From Bacteroidota bacterium (GTDB lineage Bacteria > Bacteroidota > Bacteroidia > NS11-12g > UBA955): DNA of 64,000 nucleotides. Below, in pieces: positions 54,829 through 64,000 of this stretch. Both the position numbers and the translations under genes were made by a program. The DNA lies in the NCBI GenBank assembly GCA_016868785.1, contig VGFS01000004.1, forward strand, positions 4,050 to 68,049, in the 5' to 3' direction. A model generated the notes under the pieces. It made no database searches. It was not told the DNA's origin and worked only from the letters and a program-made list of their open reading frames with translations. How positions within the stretch are numbered: position 1 is the first letter of the stretch; each line of letters begins with the position of its first letter.

Positions 54829-57384
54829 TTAATGTACCAGCACCAATCGTAGATTTTGTCTGCAAATGTCAGCATCTGGGTGGAAAGCTTCTACATGCAA
54901 AACATAATTTCCGGCGGGGAGCACATTTTTTATTTTCCATAAGGGTATGAGCAACTGTCCATCCTGTGAGACCTGTGTTGGACTGATTTCCAAGGGAATT
55001 ACGCTGCCTAACATAGAGAAGAGGGAGAGTTTCACCACGTAGCCGGCTTTGGGCAGTTGATGGAGCAAGGCAATGTATTCTTCGTGTTCACAGTGAACCA
55101 CCATTTTTTCTAGTTGAAATACTTTGGGCGGAGATTTTCGTTGTTGGGTACATTGACTGTTGGTTTCGCCGGGGGTGGAATTGCCCACGGTTGCGGTGGC
55201 GCTTACCCAATGCATGGCTTGGTTAGAAGGGGCATTGGGAGAGGTTTTTTCCAAGCTCACCCCTTTGGTTGAAGTCAATATGGGGGTGTGCATGGATTCA
55301 CGGTAGACCATTTCATCGATCAAGGTGCCCAGGGGGTGGGTAAGTTGGAGGGTTGCACCGGCGGCGGGCAGGTTGGGGAAGTTGGGTACTTGTTGGTGTC
55401 GGTAAAAGTAGCGGGGATTGTTTGCCAAAACGATGGGGTAAGGCTGTATGCTAAAACATCGAATTTCTCCGGGGTACAGGACAAAGGGGTGGTTGGTGAG
55501 GGTGGTGGTTTCTTCTGGTTGAAGGGCGTTGCCTATTTTCAGTTGTACACCTTGCAGTTGCTGGGGTTTTTGAGACGTATTTACAATTTCTACAAAATCG
55601 GTGAGGTGGTCAAGGGAGTTAAACATGACTTCATTGAACTGCAAATCGCCGGGTTGTGGAATGGATGCAGCGTAGCCCAGAGACAGTGTTTGCTGCGAGA
55701 TATTTTGTCCGTTACAATCGATTAAGCTGTCGATGGCTACGGTCAGAAGCTGTTGGTTTTGTAGCGGGGGTGAAATGTGGTATTTCCCGCCAGACAGTGG
55801 GGTAAACGCGTGAGCACTTCCCGCGGTTTTTGATTGCATCTTGGGCAGTTGTCCGTATACAGGATGGGTAAATTCGATGACCGCTGTGTCAGGAAAGGTG
55901 GCGGCCAGGTAGGCCACGGCAAATGGCAGATCCAAAGAAGGCTGTGTGGATTTGGAGGTGGGAAAGGGTTTGTAATTGCTTGGTGGTTGTGACGGGGTGC
56001 CACCCAGCGTGGTATTTGAATGCCATTTAAACAGGTCTACGCAGTAGGTTTGAGTATCGATGTGTTCCAAACTATACCCTCCGTCGTCGTAGCCAGGGTG
56101 TTGCATGAATTGTTGGTATTCAAAGCGATGCACCGTTTGGTTTTCTTTGTTGGTGAGGGTAAGTACTTCAGATTCAATGTTCAAATAGGGCAATTTGCAT
56201 CCCACAACATGAGGGATGTTTTTCATTTGAGGTGTGTCTGAATGGTGGCACAATGTTATGCGCTGCTGTGGTGCAAGGAGGATCTTTGGCAGGTTGGTGG
56301 TGGTATGCAGGTCAGACAGTGTAAGTTCGTCGAGCCACAGGGCATTTCGGGTATTGTTTTTCAGTTCGATGTATTGCACGGGTGGCAAAAATCCTCGGTT
56401 TGGCAGGGGGTCGGCCATGATTTCGGTGATGGTAATATCATGGGTGTTGATGGGTGTAGGACAATAGACAAAATCGCCTTTTTGTTGCAGGGGTTGTATG
56501 TTACTGGCGCTGTCTTTGACATTTTGGACATACACTGTTTGGTAGGTATTGCAGGGTTGGGGATTGAATTGTGCGAGGAGTGTTTTTTTATTGGGTTGGA
56601 GGTAGGAAAGGGCTTGTTGATGTTGGCAAATCAGCTGATTTTTATTTTCGATGACGATGGGTTCTGAAAATTGGATTTCGGCGGTTGAGGTTGATTTCCA
56701 CAACAGAGATTGGATGGTGGGCGGGGTTTTGTCGGGGCGCGGCGGGGTCACGGAGAAACTATTCACCCGGTGTTTTCCCGCCGCGCCGCTACCGGTTTGA
56801 ACGATACCCAAACCAGTGAATTTGTTCAGATAATTCAGGGTATCCACCGATCCGCAGAGGGTTTTGAATTCTTCCCAACTGCTGTCTTTGTAAAGGATTA
56901 AAAACTGATCCCGTTGTTTGATCCAACGCAAGGTGATGTTCGATTTGGTTTTGTTGAAATACCCCAATTCTGCCGAGCAGTCGATTCGATCTTTTCCTGC
57001 GCGACGTTCAATGAGCTTTAGGCCATCGTCTACATCGCCCAATCGGATCAACCAGCCATTTTGCAGCAGGCTATCGCAACGAAAAAACACATCGATGTAA
57101 TTGGCCGAACTTGGGTTAAAATCCAGAAAAAGTTGGGCTTGGAGCCATTGCAGGGAATCGGTACGACAGGCCATGTAGCAAAGCACCGTTTGTTTTTGGG
57201 TGCTTGCTGGGATGTTGCTCACGAAACCTTGGCCATTGGGTGAAATCTTGGTGGGGTCGCCCAGTGCCGTTTGGTTGTTTATGGCCGTGGAAAGGTGGCA
57301 TTGAGCCCATACCTCCATCTGTGTAAAAAGCAGCAGGGGAATCAGCATTGCGTATTTTTTTTGGTGGTTGACATTTTTTTTCAT
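54829..57384 (-). CDS. Large secreted protein with lamin-tail and Ig-like domains, possible T9SS C-terminal signal
   Basis: DITITEIMADPLP..QYIEL and DLQFNEVMFN...DFVEI (two LTDs); PDKTPPTI Ig start; GVSLEK motif. Confidence 0.8.
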   Translation of the reverse strand: MKKNVNHQKKYAMLIPLLLFTQMEVWAQCHLSTAINNQTALGDPTKISPNGQGFVSNIPASTQKQTVLCYMACRTDSLQWLQAQLFLDFNPSSANYIDVFFRCDSLLQNGWLIRLGDVDDGLKLIERRAGKDRIDCSAELGYFNKTKSNITLRWIKQRDQFLILYKDSSWEEFKTLCGSVDTLNYLNKFTGLGIVQTGSGAAGKHRVNSFSVTPPRPDKTPPTIQSLLWKSTSTAEIQFSEPIVIENKNQLICQHQQALSYLQPNKKTLLAQFNPQPCNTYQTVYVQNVKDSASNIQPLQQKGDFVYCPTPINTHDITITEIMADPLPNRGFLPPVQYIELKNNTRNALWLDELTLSDLHTTTNLPKILLAPQQRITLCHHSDTPQMKNIPHVVGCKLPYLNIESEVLTLTNKENQTVHRFEYQQFMQHPGYDDGGYSLEHIDTQTYCVDLFKWHSNTTLGGTPSQPPSNYKPFPTSKSTQPSLDLPFAVAYLAATFPDTAVIEFTHPVYGQLPKMQSKTAGSAHAFTPLSGGKYHISPPLQNQQLLTVAIDSLIDCNGQNISQQTLSLGYAASIPQPGDLQFNEVMFNSLDHLTDFVEIVNTSQKPQQLQGVQLKIGNALQPEETTTLTNHPFVLYPGEIRCFSIQPYPIVLANNPRYFYRHQQVPNFPNLPAAGATLQLTHPLGTLIDEMVYRESMHTPILTSTKGVSLEKTSPNAPSNQAMHWVSATATVGNSTPGETNSQCTQQRKSPPKVFQLEKMVVHCEHEEYIALLHQLPKAGYVVKLSLFSMLGSVIPLEISPTQVSQDGQLLIPLWKIKNVLPAGNYVLHVEAFHPDADICRQNLRLVLVH

Positions 57385-57475
57385 GGTGTTTTGGTACACC
57401 GAAATGGGCCATCACCACCAATGGAATTTTCTCCGGCGAGCCCCATTTTGCGATAATTACAAAAAGTTGTGGCGA

Positions 57476-57964
57476 TCAGCGGCTGTGGGCGGCCAGAATT
57501 TTCTTCTCGATTTGGGTGGTGGAGTAACCGGGCAAAAACTCCAGGGTTTTCACCTCTCCGCCATGTTGTATCACCCAATCAGCCCCCACGATGTTTTCCA
57601 TGGAATAATCGGCCCCTTTGACCAAAATATGGGGGGTAATGTATTCGATGATTTCTTTGGGGGTGTCCTCATTGAATAGGACCACGCCGGTAACAAATCC
57701 GAGTGCGGCCATCACATGTGAACGGGAAGTTTCAGATTGTAAAGGCCTTGCGGGTGACTTCTCCAGGCGCTGAACACTTTCATCGGTGTTAAGGGCTACA
57801 AGCAAACCATCGCCCAATTCCGCCGCAGCCTCCAAATAGTGAACATGCCCGGCGTGTAGGATGTCGAAACAGCCATTGGTAAACACCATTTTTTTGCCCG
57901 TTTGTTGGAATTGCTCGATGCGACTTTTGGCTTCGTCCCAGGTCCAAATTTTATGCTTTGTCAT
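57476..57964 (-). CDS. D-glycero-beta-D-manno-heptose 1-phosphate adenylyltransferase-like (stand-alone RfaE domain II)
   Basis: Motifs FTNGCFDILHAGH, LNTDESV, LVKGADY and GYSTT. Confidence 0.9.
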   Translation of the reverse strand: MTKHKIWTWDEAKSRIEQFQQTGKKMVFTNGCFDILHAGHVHYLEAAAELGDGLLVALNTDESVQRLEKSPARPLQSETSRSHVMAALGFVTGVVLFNEDTPKEIIEYITPHILVKGADYSMENIVGADWVIQHGGEVKTLEFLPGYSTTQIEKKILAAHSR

Positions 57965-58937
57965 TGGCGAGGTCAATTTTTCTTACTGCAAGATAGAACA
58001 ATAGGTAGGCAATCGCGCCGAAAACAATCATGAGGATATTGCTGAAAGCCACGGTAAAAATGCCGTAGGTGTTGGCTTGAGAATCGGCCAAGCCGTAGAT
58101 TAAGGTCAAGCCGTAGGACACGGTACCCCAAACACCCGCACCGCCTGGAATGGGGATGATTACACCCAGGGAAGAGAAAATGACCACACCCAAAGCGTTG
58201 GCGAGGGTGAGATGTGCTGTTATATCGAGGCTTTGAAGCGTGCAATAGGTACTGAGCCAATATCCGAGCCAAATGCCGTAGGAGGATGCGATAAACAATG
58301 CGGGTTGTTTCAAGTGCAGGACCGATTGCAGTCCCGCGCTAAACTTTGAAAACAGGGAGGTTGATTCTTCTGTTTTGGGTTTTTGCGCTTGTCGTTTTTT
58401 TATGAATTGAAGTCCCACAGTACCCAAGACCAAAAGCATCATCAGGGGTACGTAATGATCGGCTGCGGGTTGGATGATGTATTGGTTGAAAAATCCAAGA
58501 AATTCTTGGAATTGCAGGGCCAGGCAGAGGAGGCAGAGCGACATCAAGACGAGTAAATCCACGATGCGTTCGGTAACCACGGAGCCCACCAAGGTAGGGA
58601 CTGGGGCTTTTTCGCTTTTGGCGGCCATGGCACATCGCACAAATTCACCGCCTCGGGAAGTGGCCACATTGACCAAATAGCCAATCATGACAGTATAAAA
58701 TGCACGAATTTTATTCAGGGGATAGCCAGCGGGTTCAGTGAGCATATTCCAACGCCATCCCCTCAGGTAATGGGCATATAACATGGTAACCGTGGCACCG
58801 ATGAGCCAGTTGAGGTTGGCATTTCTCACTGCATTGGCGGTTTGTTGCCAATCAATCTTTAATCCGATAACAATGAAAACCCCTGCGGCGAGCAGAATGA
58901 GCAGGGTTTGAGAGATTATTTTTTTGTTGATCTTCAA
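57951..58937 (-). CDS. Lysylphosphatidylglycerol synthase TM-region (flippase-like, UPF0104) membrane protein
   Basis: Motifs LRGWRW, TSRGGEFVRC, TERIVD and IPIPGGAG; multiple TM helices. Confidence 0.85.
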   Translation of the reverse strand: MKINKKIISQTLLILLAAGVFIVIGLKIDWQQTANAVRNANLNWLIGATVTMLYAHYLRGWRWNMLTEPAGYPLNKIRAFYTVMIGYLVNVATSRGGEFVRCAMAAKSEKAPVPTLVGSVVTERIVDLLVLMSLCLLCLALQFQEFLGFFNQYIIQPAADHYVPLMMLLVLGTVGLQFIKKRQAQKPKTEESTSLFSKFSAGLQSVLHLKQPALFIASSYGIWLGYWLSTYCTLQSLDITAHLTLANALGVVIFSSLGVIIPIPGGAGVWGTVSYGLTLIYGLADSQANTYGIFTVAFSNILMIVFGAIAYLLFYLAVRKIDLANDKA

Positions 58938-59281
58938 ATCACTTGGTTGTTTCTGTCGGGAAACAAGTTTTTGGGCTGATGGATTTTGGCCTCCTCGGGG
59001 GTCATTTGCACGAAGGTCATGATGATGAGTTCGTCGCCCACTTGTCCTTTCCGTGCCGCAGCGCCATTCAGGCCAATGATGCCGGTACCTCTTTCGCCTT
59101 TGATGATGTAGGTTTCGAAGCGCTCTCCATTGTTGTTGTTGACGATAAGCACTTTTTGGTTGGCGATCATGCCTGCGGCATCGATCAGATTTTCATCGAT
59201 GGTGATGCTGCCGGTGTAGTTCAGTTCCGTTTGGGTTAAACGAACGTTGTGAATTTTTGCTTGTAATACCTCGATAAACAT
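58934..59281 (-). CDS. panD: Aspartate 1-decarboxylase
   Basis: AKIH, cleavage site YTG/SITID, NGERFETY and LNGAAAR. Confidence 0.97.
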   Translation of the reverse strand: MFIEVLQAKIHNVRLTQTELNYTGSITIDENLIDAAGMIANQKVLIVNNNNGERFETYIIKGERGTGIIGLNGAAARKGQVGDELIIMTFVQMTPEEAKIHQPKNLFPDRNNQVI

Positions 59282-59287
59282 GCGATG

Positions 59288-59317
59288 CAAAGGTAGGGTG
59301 ATTTTGATGTATTTTCG
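59288..59317. promoter_or_regulatory. Back-to-back -7 elements for panD (TACCTTTG, minus strand, 59288-59295) and recR (TATTTTCG variant, plus strand, 59310-59317)
   Basis: Each element lies 6 nt before its ATG in a 42-bp gap. Confidence 0.55.
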
Positions 59318-59323
59318 CGACTT

Positions 59324-59929
59324 ATGCAATTTACGTCGGGCATTGTTGAACAAGCGGTTGAGGCACTTTCCTCCTTTCCGGGGATAGGGAAGCGTACGGC
59401 TTTGCGTTTGGTGATGTATTTGCTGAAACGTCCGGAGATGGAAGTGGCGCATTTGGCGGATGCATTGTTAAAGTTAAAAACCGAATTGCATTTGTGTGAG
59501 GTGTGTGGGAATGTGAGTGATCACAAGCGATGTCATGTTTGCGTGAATCCCAATCGCAGCGAGGAGGTGATTTGTGTGGTGGAGGATTTCAGCGATTTGA
59601 TGGCGATTGAATCCACGGCGCAGTTCAAGGGAAAATACCATGTATTGGGCGGGCTGATTTCTCCGATGGACGGGGTAGGTCCGGACGATTTAAACATCGC
59701 ATCATTGCTTGGCAGGTTAGAAAATAGCCTGGTGGGCGAGGTGATGATGGCGCTGAGTGCCACTGTGGAGGGGGACACGACCATGTTTTATTTGGCCAAA
59801 AAATTGAAGCCGATGGGGGTCACGATCACCTGTATCGCACGGGGCATTGCCGTGGGTGGGGAGATTGAATATGCCGACGAAGTGACGTTGGGCAGGTCTA
59901 TCGCCCAGAGAACCGAATATTTGTTGTAA
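59324..59929 (+). CDS. recR: Recombination mediator RecR
   Basis: HhH PGIGKRTA, zinc finger CEVCGN..CHVC, Toprim ICVVED and EYADEVTLGR. Confidence 0.98.
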   Translation: MQFTSGIVEQAVEALSSFPGIGKRTALRLVMYLLKRPEMEVAHLADALLKLKTELHLCEVCGNVSDHKRCHVCVNPNRSEEVICVVEDFSDLMAIESTAQFKGKYHVLGGLISPMDGVGPDDLNIASLLGRLENSLVGEVMMALSATVEGDTTMFYLAKKLKPMGVTITCIARGIAVGGEIEYADEVTLGRSIAQRTEYLL

Positions 59930-59946
59930 TTTGCTCAATTCGCTGT

Positions 59947-61890
59947 ATGTCGCACAAACTTTCCGTCGTTATCGTTAACTACAACGTCAAGTACTTCTTG
60001 GAACAGGCGTTGCGTTCGGTGGAAAAGGCCATTGAGGGGATGGATGCGGAGGTTTGGGTGGTCGACAACAACAGTGTGGATGGCAGTGTGGCCATGGTTC
60101 AGGAAAAGTTTACCTGGGTAAAGGTGATTGCCAACAAAGACAATGTGGGATTTTCTAGGGCGAACAATCAGGCCATTCGCGAGAGCAACAGTGACTACGT
60201 GTTGTTGTTGAATCCGGATACGGTGCTTCAGGAAGACAGTTTGAAAAAGTGCGTGGTCTTCATGGAAATGCGCACGGATGTGGGGGCGTTGGGGGTTCGG
60301 ATGATTGATGGGAAGGGGAAGTTTTTATCTGAAAGCAAGCGGGGATTGCCCTCGCCGGCGGTGGCATTGTACAAAATGACGGGCTTGAGCGGATTGTTTC
60401 CAAAATCGCGGGTGTTTGGGCGATATCATTTGAAGTATTTGAGCGAGCATGAAACCCATGAGGTGGATGTGTTGAGTGGGGCTTTCATGATGATGCGTTC
60501 GTCGGCATTGGATCAGGTGGGGTTGTTAGACGAAGATTATTTCATGTACGGTGAAGACGTTGATTTGAGTTATCGCATCACCTTGGGTGGATACAAAAAC
60601 GTGTACTTCGCCGATACCACGATTATTCATTACAAGGGGGAGAGTACCAAGCGCAAGAGTGCCAATTATGTGAAGGTATTTTACAACGCCATGGTGTTGT
60701 TTGCCAAGAAGCATTACAGCAGTTCGATGGCTGGATGGTTTGCTTTTTTCATTCAGATGGCCATTTATTTGAGGGCGGGACTGGCATTTTTTGCGCGGTT
60801 GGCAGAGCAGATTTGGCTGCCATTGTTAGATTTTGGGTTGATTGTGGCCGGTTATGTGGGCATCGCCAAGTACTGGGAACTTTATCACAAGTTTGTGCGG
60901 GGGTATTACCCGGCAGAATTTTATGGGGTACATGTGCCTTTGTATGCGTTGGTGGCGATTTTCATGGTGTGGATTTCTGGCGGTTACGACAGGATGACTG
61001 TGGCGCGCAGGTTGTTCAGAGGGGGTGTTGTTGGGGCGATCGTTCTGTTTGCGATGTACGCGTTTTTCCCCCAGAATTGGCATTTTTCGCGGGCCATTTT
61101 GGCACTGGGATCTGCTTGGGCTTTGGGGGTGTTTTTCATCACCCGCGGTTTGGCGCAGGCCTTGAAGTTGGGTGGTGTGCAGTTTGATCATGGCGGTCGC
61201 AGGAAAGTGGTGCTTGTAGGCGGCACAAAAGAGTGTGAGCGTATCGAGCGGCTGTTGAAATTGGGTCGTGTGAATCATGAGATATTGGGCTGGGTATCGG
61301 CGCGGGGCGAATCTTCACATGAATTTTTGGGTGGATTGGATCAGCTGTCTGAGGTTTTGGCCATTTATCAGCCAGATTTGGTGATTTTCAGTGGCAAGGA
61401 TGTTCCATCCACAGATATTATGACGCACATGATTGATTTTCAGTCGCTCCCCGTACAGGTGAAGATTGCCCCGGAGCGCGGCGAGACGATCATTGGCTCG
61501 AATTCCAAAAATCAACCGGGCGAGCTGTTTACTTTGGAGGTCGATTACCACTTGGCACAGCAGCATCATTTGAGAAATAAGCGGGTGTTGGATTTGATTT
61601 TGTGTGTGTGGGTGATGGTGTTCTGTTGGGTTTTGGTTTGGGGATCGCGGGGTAGGAATTTGCTGAAGCACGGGTTGAGGGTGTGGGTAGGACGTGAAAC
61701 GTGGGTGGGGTATCGCCCAGAAAATCTATCGCTGAAATTGCCCAAAATCAAGCCTTGTGTGTTGGATGTATCGCAACCGTATGCGGGCACAGGCTTTGAG
61801 AATGATGCGGCACTGGCCTATGCAAGGGATTATGCAGTTAGCAAAGACGCTTGGGTGATTTGGCGTAATTTATTAGGAAAATCGCTTTAA
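59947..61890 (+). CDS. GT2 glycosyltransferase with TM segments and a C-terminal Rossmann-like domain
   Basis: Motifs VDNNSVDGS, LLNPDT, SGAFM and YGEDVD. Confidence 0.9.
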   Translation: MSHKLSVVIVNYNVKYFLEQALRSVEKAIEGMDAEVWVVDNNSVDGSVAMVQEKFTWVKVIANKDNVGFSRANNQAIRESNSDYVLLLNPDTVLQEDSLKKCVVFMEMRTDVGALGVRMIDGKGKFLSESKRGLPSPAVALYKMTGLSGLFPKSRVFGRYHLKYLSEHETHEVDVLSGAFMMMRSSALDQVGLLDEDYFMYGEDVDLSYRITLGGYKNVYFADTTIIHYKGESTKRKSANYVKVFYNAMVLFAKKHYSSSMAGWFAFFIQMAIYLRAGLAFFARLAEQIWLPLLDFGLIVAGYVGIAKYWELYHKFVRGYYPAEFYGVHVPLYALVAIFMVWISGGYDRMTVARRLFRGGVVGAIVLFAMYAFFPQNWHFSRAILALGSAWALGVFFITRGLAQALKLGGVQFDHGGRRKVVLVGGTKECERIERLLKLGRVNHEILGWVSARGESSHEFLGGLDQLSEVLAIYQPDLVIFSGKDVPSTDIMTHMIDFQSLPVQVKIAPERGETIIGSNSKNQPGELFTLEVDYHLAQQHHLRNKRVLDLILCVWVMVFCWVLVWGSRGRNLLKHGLRVWVGRETWVGYRPENLSLKLPKIKPCVLDVSQPYAGTGFENDAALAYARDYAVSKDAWVIWRNLLGKSL

Positions 61891-61905
61891 ATTGCTTATA
61901 TTCAA

Positions 61906-63069
61906 ATGAAAAACTCAGTCAATGGCATTTATGAGTCGCGGAGGTTTATTCGCATCATTTTGATGTTGTTGGCGGTGGTAATCAGCATCACCACTTTGTA
62001 TTTAAGTCAGTTGTTGGTGGTGAAAATTGCGGGCGAGGAAAAGAAGAAAATGGAGATGTGGGCTGAGGCTGAGAGTATTTTGTCGGACCCTTTCAGCGAA
62101 GGTGATTTGGGATTCCAGTTGCGTGTGGTTCAGTCGAATACGACTATTCCTGCGATTTTGGTGGATGAGTTGGGAGACATAGTGACGTTGGTGAATGTGG
62201 ATACGGTAGGAAAGGACAAAGCGTTTTTGCAAAACAAGTTGTCGGAATTCAAATTGGAAAATGAGCCCATTGTGGTGCCGGTGGATGAAAACACCGATTA
62301 CAAGGTGTACTATGGAAGCAGTACGGTGCTCACCCAGTTGCAGTATTACCCTTATGTGGTTTTGGGCATTGTGGCGTTGTTCATGTTTTTGAGTTATGCC
62401 GCATTTTCATCGTCGACCCGCAGCGAGCAGAACAAGGTTTGGGTGGGTTTGGCTAAGGAAACGGCGCATCAGTTGGGAACGCCCATTTCGAGTTTAATGG
62501 GTTGGGTTCAGGTGATGGAAATGGGGGCTTTGCCAGACAATGCGAGTGGGGAAATGCGGAAGGATATCGACCGGTTAAATATCATCACGGAGCGGTTTTC
62601 TAAAATTGGTAGCGAGCCCGTATTGGAAGATTTGGATTTGAATGAGGTGGTGTTGGAAGCGATGAATTACATGAAAAATCGATCGGGCAAAGGGGTGAAA
62701 TTTGAAACGGGGTATTGGGGACATCCCGTGATGTGCTCAATCAACAAGAACCTTTTTCACTGGGTGATTGAGAATTTGGTAAAAAACAGCATCGATGCGA
62801 TGGATGGGGAGGGTAAATTGTGGTGCACGGTGAAGCAATTGAAGAACAAGGCGGTGGTTGACATTACCGATACGGGCAAGGGCATTCCCAGCAATCAAAT
62901 GAAATCGGTGTTTAAGCCGGGTTTTACGACCAAGAAACGGGGTTGGGGTTTGGGACTTTCGTTGGCGAAGCGAATTATCACGGACTATCACCGTGGAGAG
63001 ATTTACGTGAAGGGGAGCATTCCTGGGGAGAAAACCACCATTCGTATTGTGTTGAACGCGTTGGTCTGA
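61906..63069 (+). CDS. Orphan sensor histidine kinase
   Basis: H-box ETAHQLGTP, ENLVKNSIDA, DTGKG and TTKKRGWGLGL. Confidence 0.95.
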   Translation: MKNSVNGIYESRRFIRIILMLLAVVISITTLYLSQLLVVKIAGEEKKKMEMWAEAESILSDPFSEGDLGFQLRVVQSNTTIPAILVDELGDIVTLVNVDTVGKDKAFLQNKLSEFKLENEPIVVPVDENTDYKVYYGSSTVLTQLQYYPYVVLGIVALFMFLSYAAFSSSTRSEQNKVWVGLAKETAHQLGTPISSLMGWVQVMEMGALPDNASGEMRKDIDRLNIITERFSKIGSEPVLEDLDLNEVVLEAMNYMKNRSGKGVKFETGYWGHPVMCSINKNLFHWVIENLVKNSIDAMDGEGKLWCTVKQLKNKAVVDITDTGKGIPSNQMKSVFKPGFTTKKRGWGLGLSLAKRIITDYHRGEIYVKGSIPGEKTTIRIVLNALV

Positions 63070-63129
63070 TTGGCTTTTTTCGGTGGTCTAAAGGCAGTTT
63101 GCTCGATTGTCAATCTGCGTAAATTTCGG

Positions 63130-63137
63130 TAAGTTTG
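63130..63137 (+). promoter_or_regulatory. -7 element (TAAGTTTG)
   Basis: Exact match 7 nt before the ATG at 63145. Confidence 0.65.
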
Positions 63138-63144
63138 AACTATT

Positions 63145-63624
63145 ATGATACAGCGAATTCAAACGGTTTATTTATTTGCGTTGTTTGCCATAGGGTTGAC
63201 TTTGATTTGGCAGGATCCGGTATATGCTTATTTCGATGGGGCCACTGAACCGGGGTCGTATGTGTTGATGTTTTGGAACAGTTACAGTGGCACATCGCCA
63301 GGGAAACCGGTGATTTATATTCCTGATATGATGACCATTTTGATTTCCATAGCGGCGATGGCGTTTGGGGTGATATCGATATTCTTTTATAAAAACCGCA
63401 AATTTCAGATGCGTATGGTGTTGAGTTCGCTGATGTTGTGTGTGTTGCTGGAATGTGTGTTGTTGGCACGATATTATATTTTCCAGGCCGGGCATGATGA
63501 TTTTAGCGGTCATTTGGGTATTTCATTGATTTGGCCAGTTTTGATGTCGATTTCTGCGGTGATGGCCTATCGTGGTATCAAGGCCGACGAAGAGATGGTG
63601 CGCAGTATGGATCGAATTCGTTGA
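63145..63624 (+). CDS. DUF4293-family membrane protein
   Basis: MIQRIQTVYL, FYKNRKFQ and AYRGIKADEEMVRSMDRIR. Confidence 0.9.
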   Translation: MIQRIQTVYLFALFAIGLTLIWQDPVYAYFDGATEPGSYVLMFWNSYSGTSPGKPVIYIPDMMTILISIAAMAFGVISIFFYKNRKFQMRMVLSSLMLCVLLECVLLARYYIFQAGHDDFSGHLGISLIWPVLMSISAVMAYRGIKADEEMVRSMDRIR

Positions 63625-63629
63625 TGGCG

Positions 63630-64000
63630 ATGAAGCGGCTGATTGTATTGTTTTTTTTGTTGGGCGCGATGGGCTCGACGTTGTTGGCGCAGCGCAGGGT
63701 TTCTGGCAAGGCTGGCAGCAACAGGGGTGCAGGTGGTGTTGCAACTGCGGTTAATGAATCGGAAAGGGTGAAACCTTTGAAAACCGATTATGCAATGATT
63801 GCCAAGGATGAGTTTGGTACGGTGGGTTTGAGCGGGGTGATGCAGCGCGCCGAAGGCGCGCGCATGGCGAAGGGCAGAGCCCTGAGCCCCGAAATGCAAA
63901 CCCTGTTTGATTCACTGGAAACACCCTTTGAAAAATCTGGTGGATTGGCCACCGCATCCTATTTTGAGTGTGTGGCATGGTACCGCAAATTGGCCAAAGC
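63630..64000 (+). CDS. Secreted protein, N-terminal part, possibly an M14 zinc carboxypeptidase; runs off the right edge
   Basis: Manual translation MKRLIVLFFLLGAMGSTLLAQ...LETPFEKSGGLATASYFECVAWYRKLAK; the catalytic region is outside the window. Confidence 0.55.
   Translation, partial: MKRLIVLFFLLGAMGSTLLAQRRVSGKAGSNRGAGGVATAVNESERVKPLKTDYAMIAKDEFGTVGLSGVMQRAEGARMAKGRALSPEMQTLFDSLETPFEKSGGLATASYFECVAWYRKLAK

Noticed and set aside
46510-62815. Several GGGNAGGG (KOPS-like) octamers on the plus strand
   Set aside because: Explained by G skew, at least one occurs on the minus strand (15831-15838), and KOPS use in Bacteroidota cannot be assumed
1-64000. tRNA/rRNA genes, CRISPR arrays, IS elements, integrases and prophage
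   Set aside because: No cloverleaf, spaced direct repeats, transposase or phage genes seen, and intergenic gaps are mostly too short

Overview
A gene-dense 64 kb chromosomal segment of a Bacteroidota bacterium. The assignment rests on TAnnTTTG -7 promoter elements upstream of many genes, T9SS-type C-terminal domains, TonB receptors and Bacteroidota-type core proteins. Most content is housekeeping: rimP-nusA-infB, rplM-rpsI-rpsB-tsf-pyrH, rpsT, sucA, pdhC, asd, dxs, nadC, panD, recR, RNA-modification enzymes and envelope genes. I found no tRNA, rRNA, CRISPR array, transposase or prophage. The most notable items are: (1) a very basic 208-aa protein with three AT-hook-like motifs, a coiled coil and a possible winged helix, behind the most AT-rich intergenic region (candidate nucleoid or silencer protein); (2) a candidate extracellular DNA/nucleotide scavenging locus at 18.3-26.0 kb; (3) thyA split by one missing A; (4) a 47-aa cationic lipopeptide ORF missed by the ORF track; (5) a stand-alone RNAP alpha-CTD-like protein where frr often lies; (6) a palindromic bidirectional promoter and a terminator hairpin in the rimP leader. 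All family calls come from motif recognition by eye; no database searches were run.
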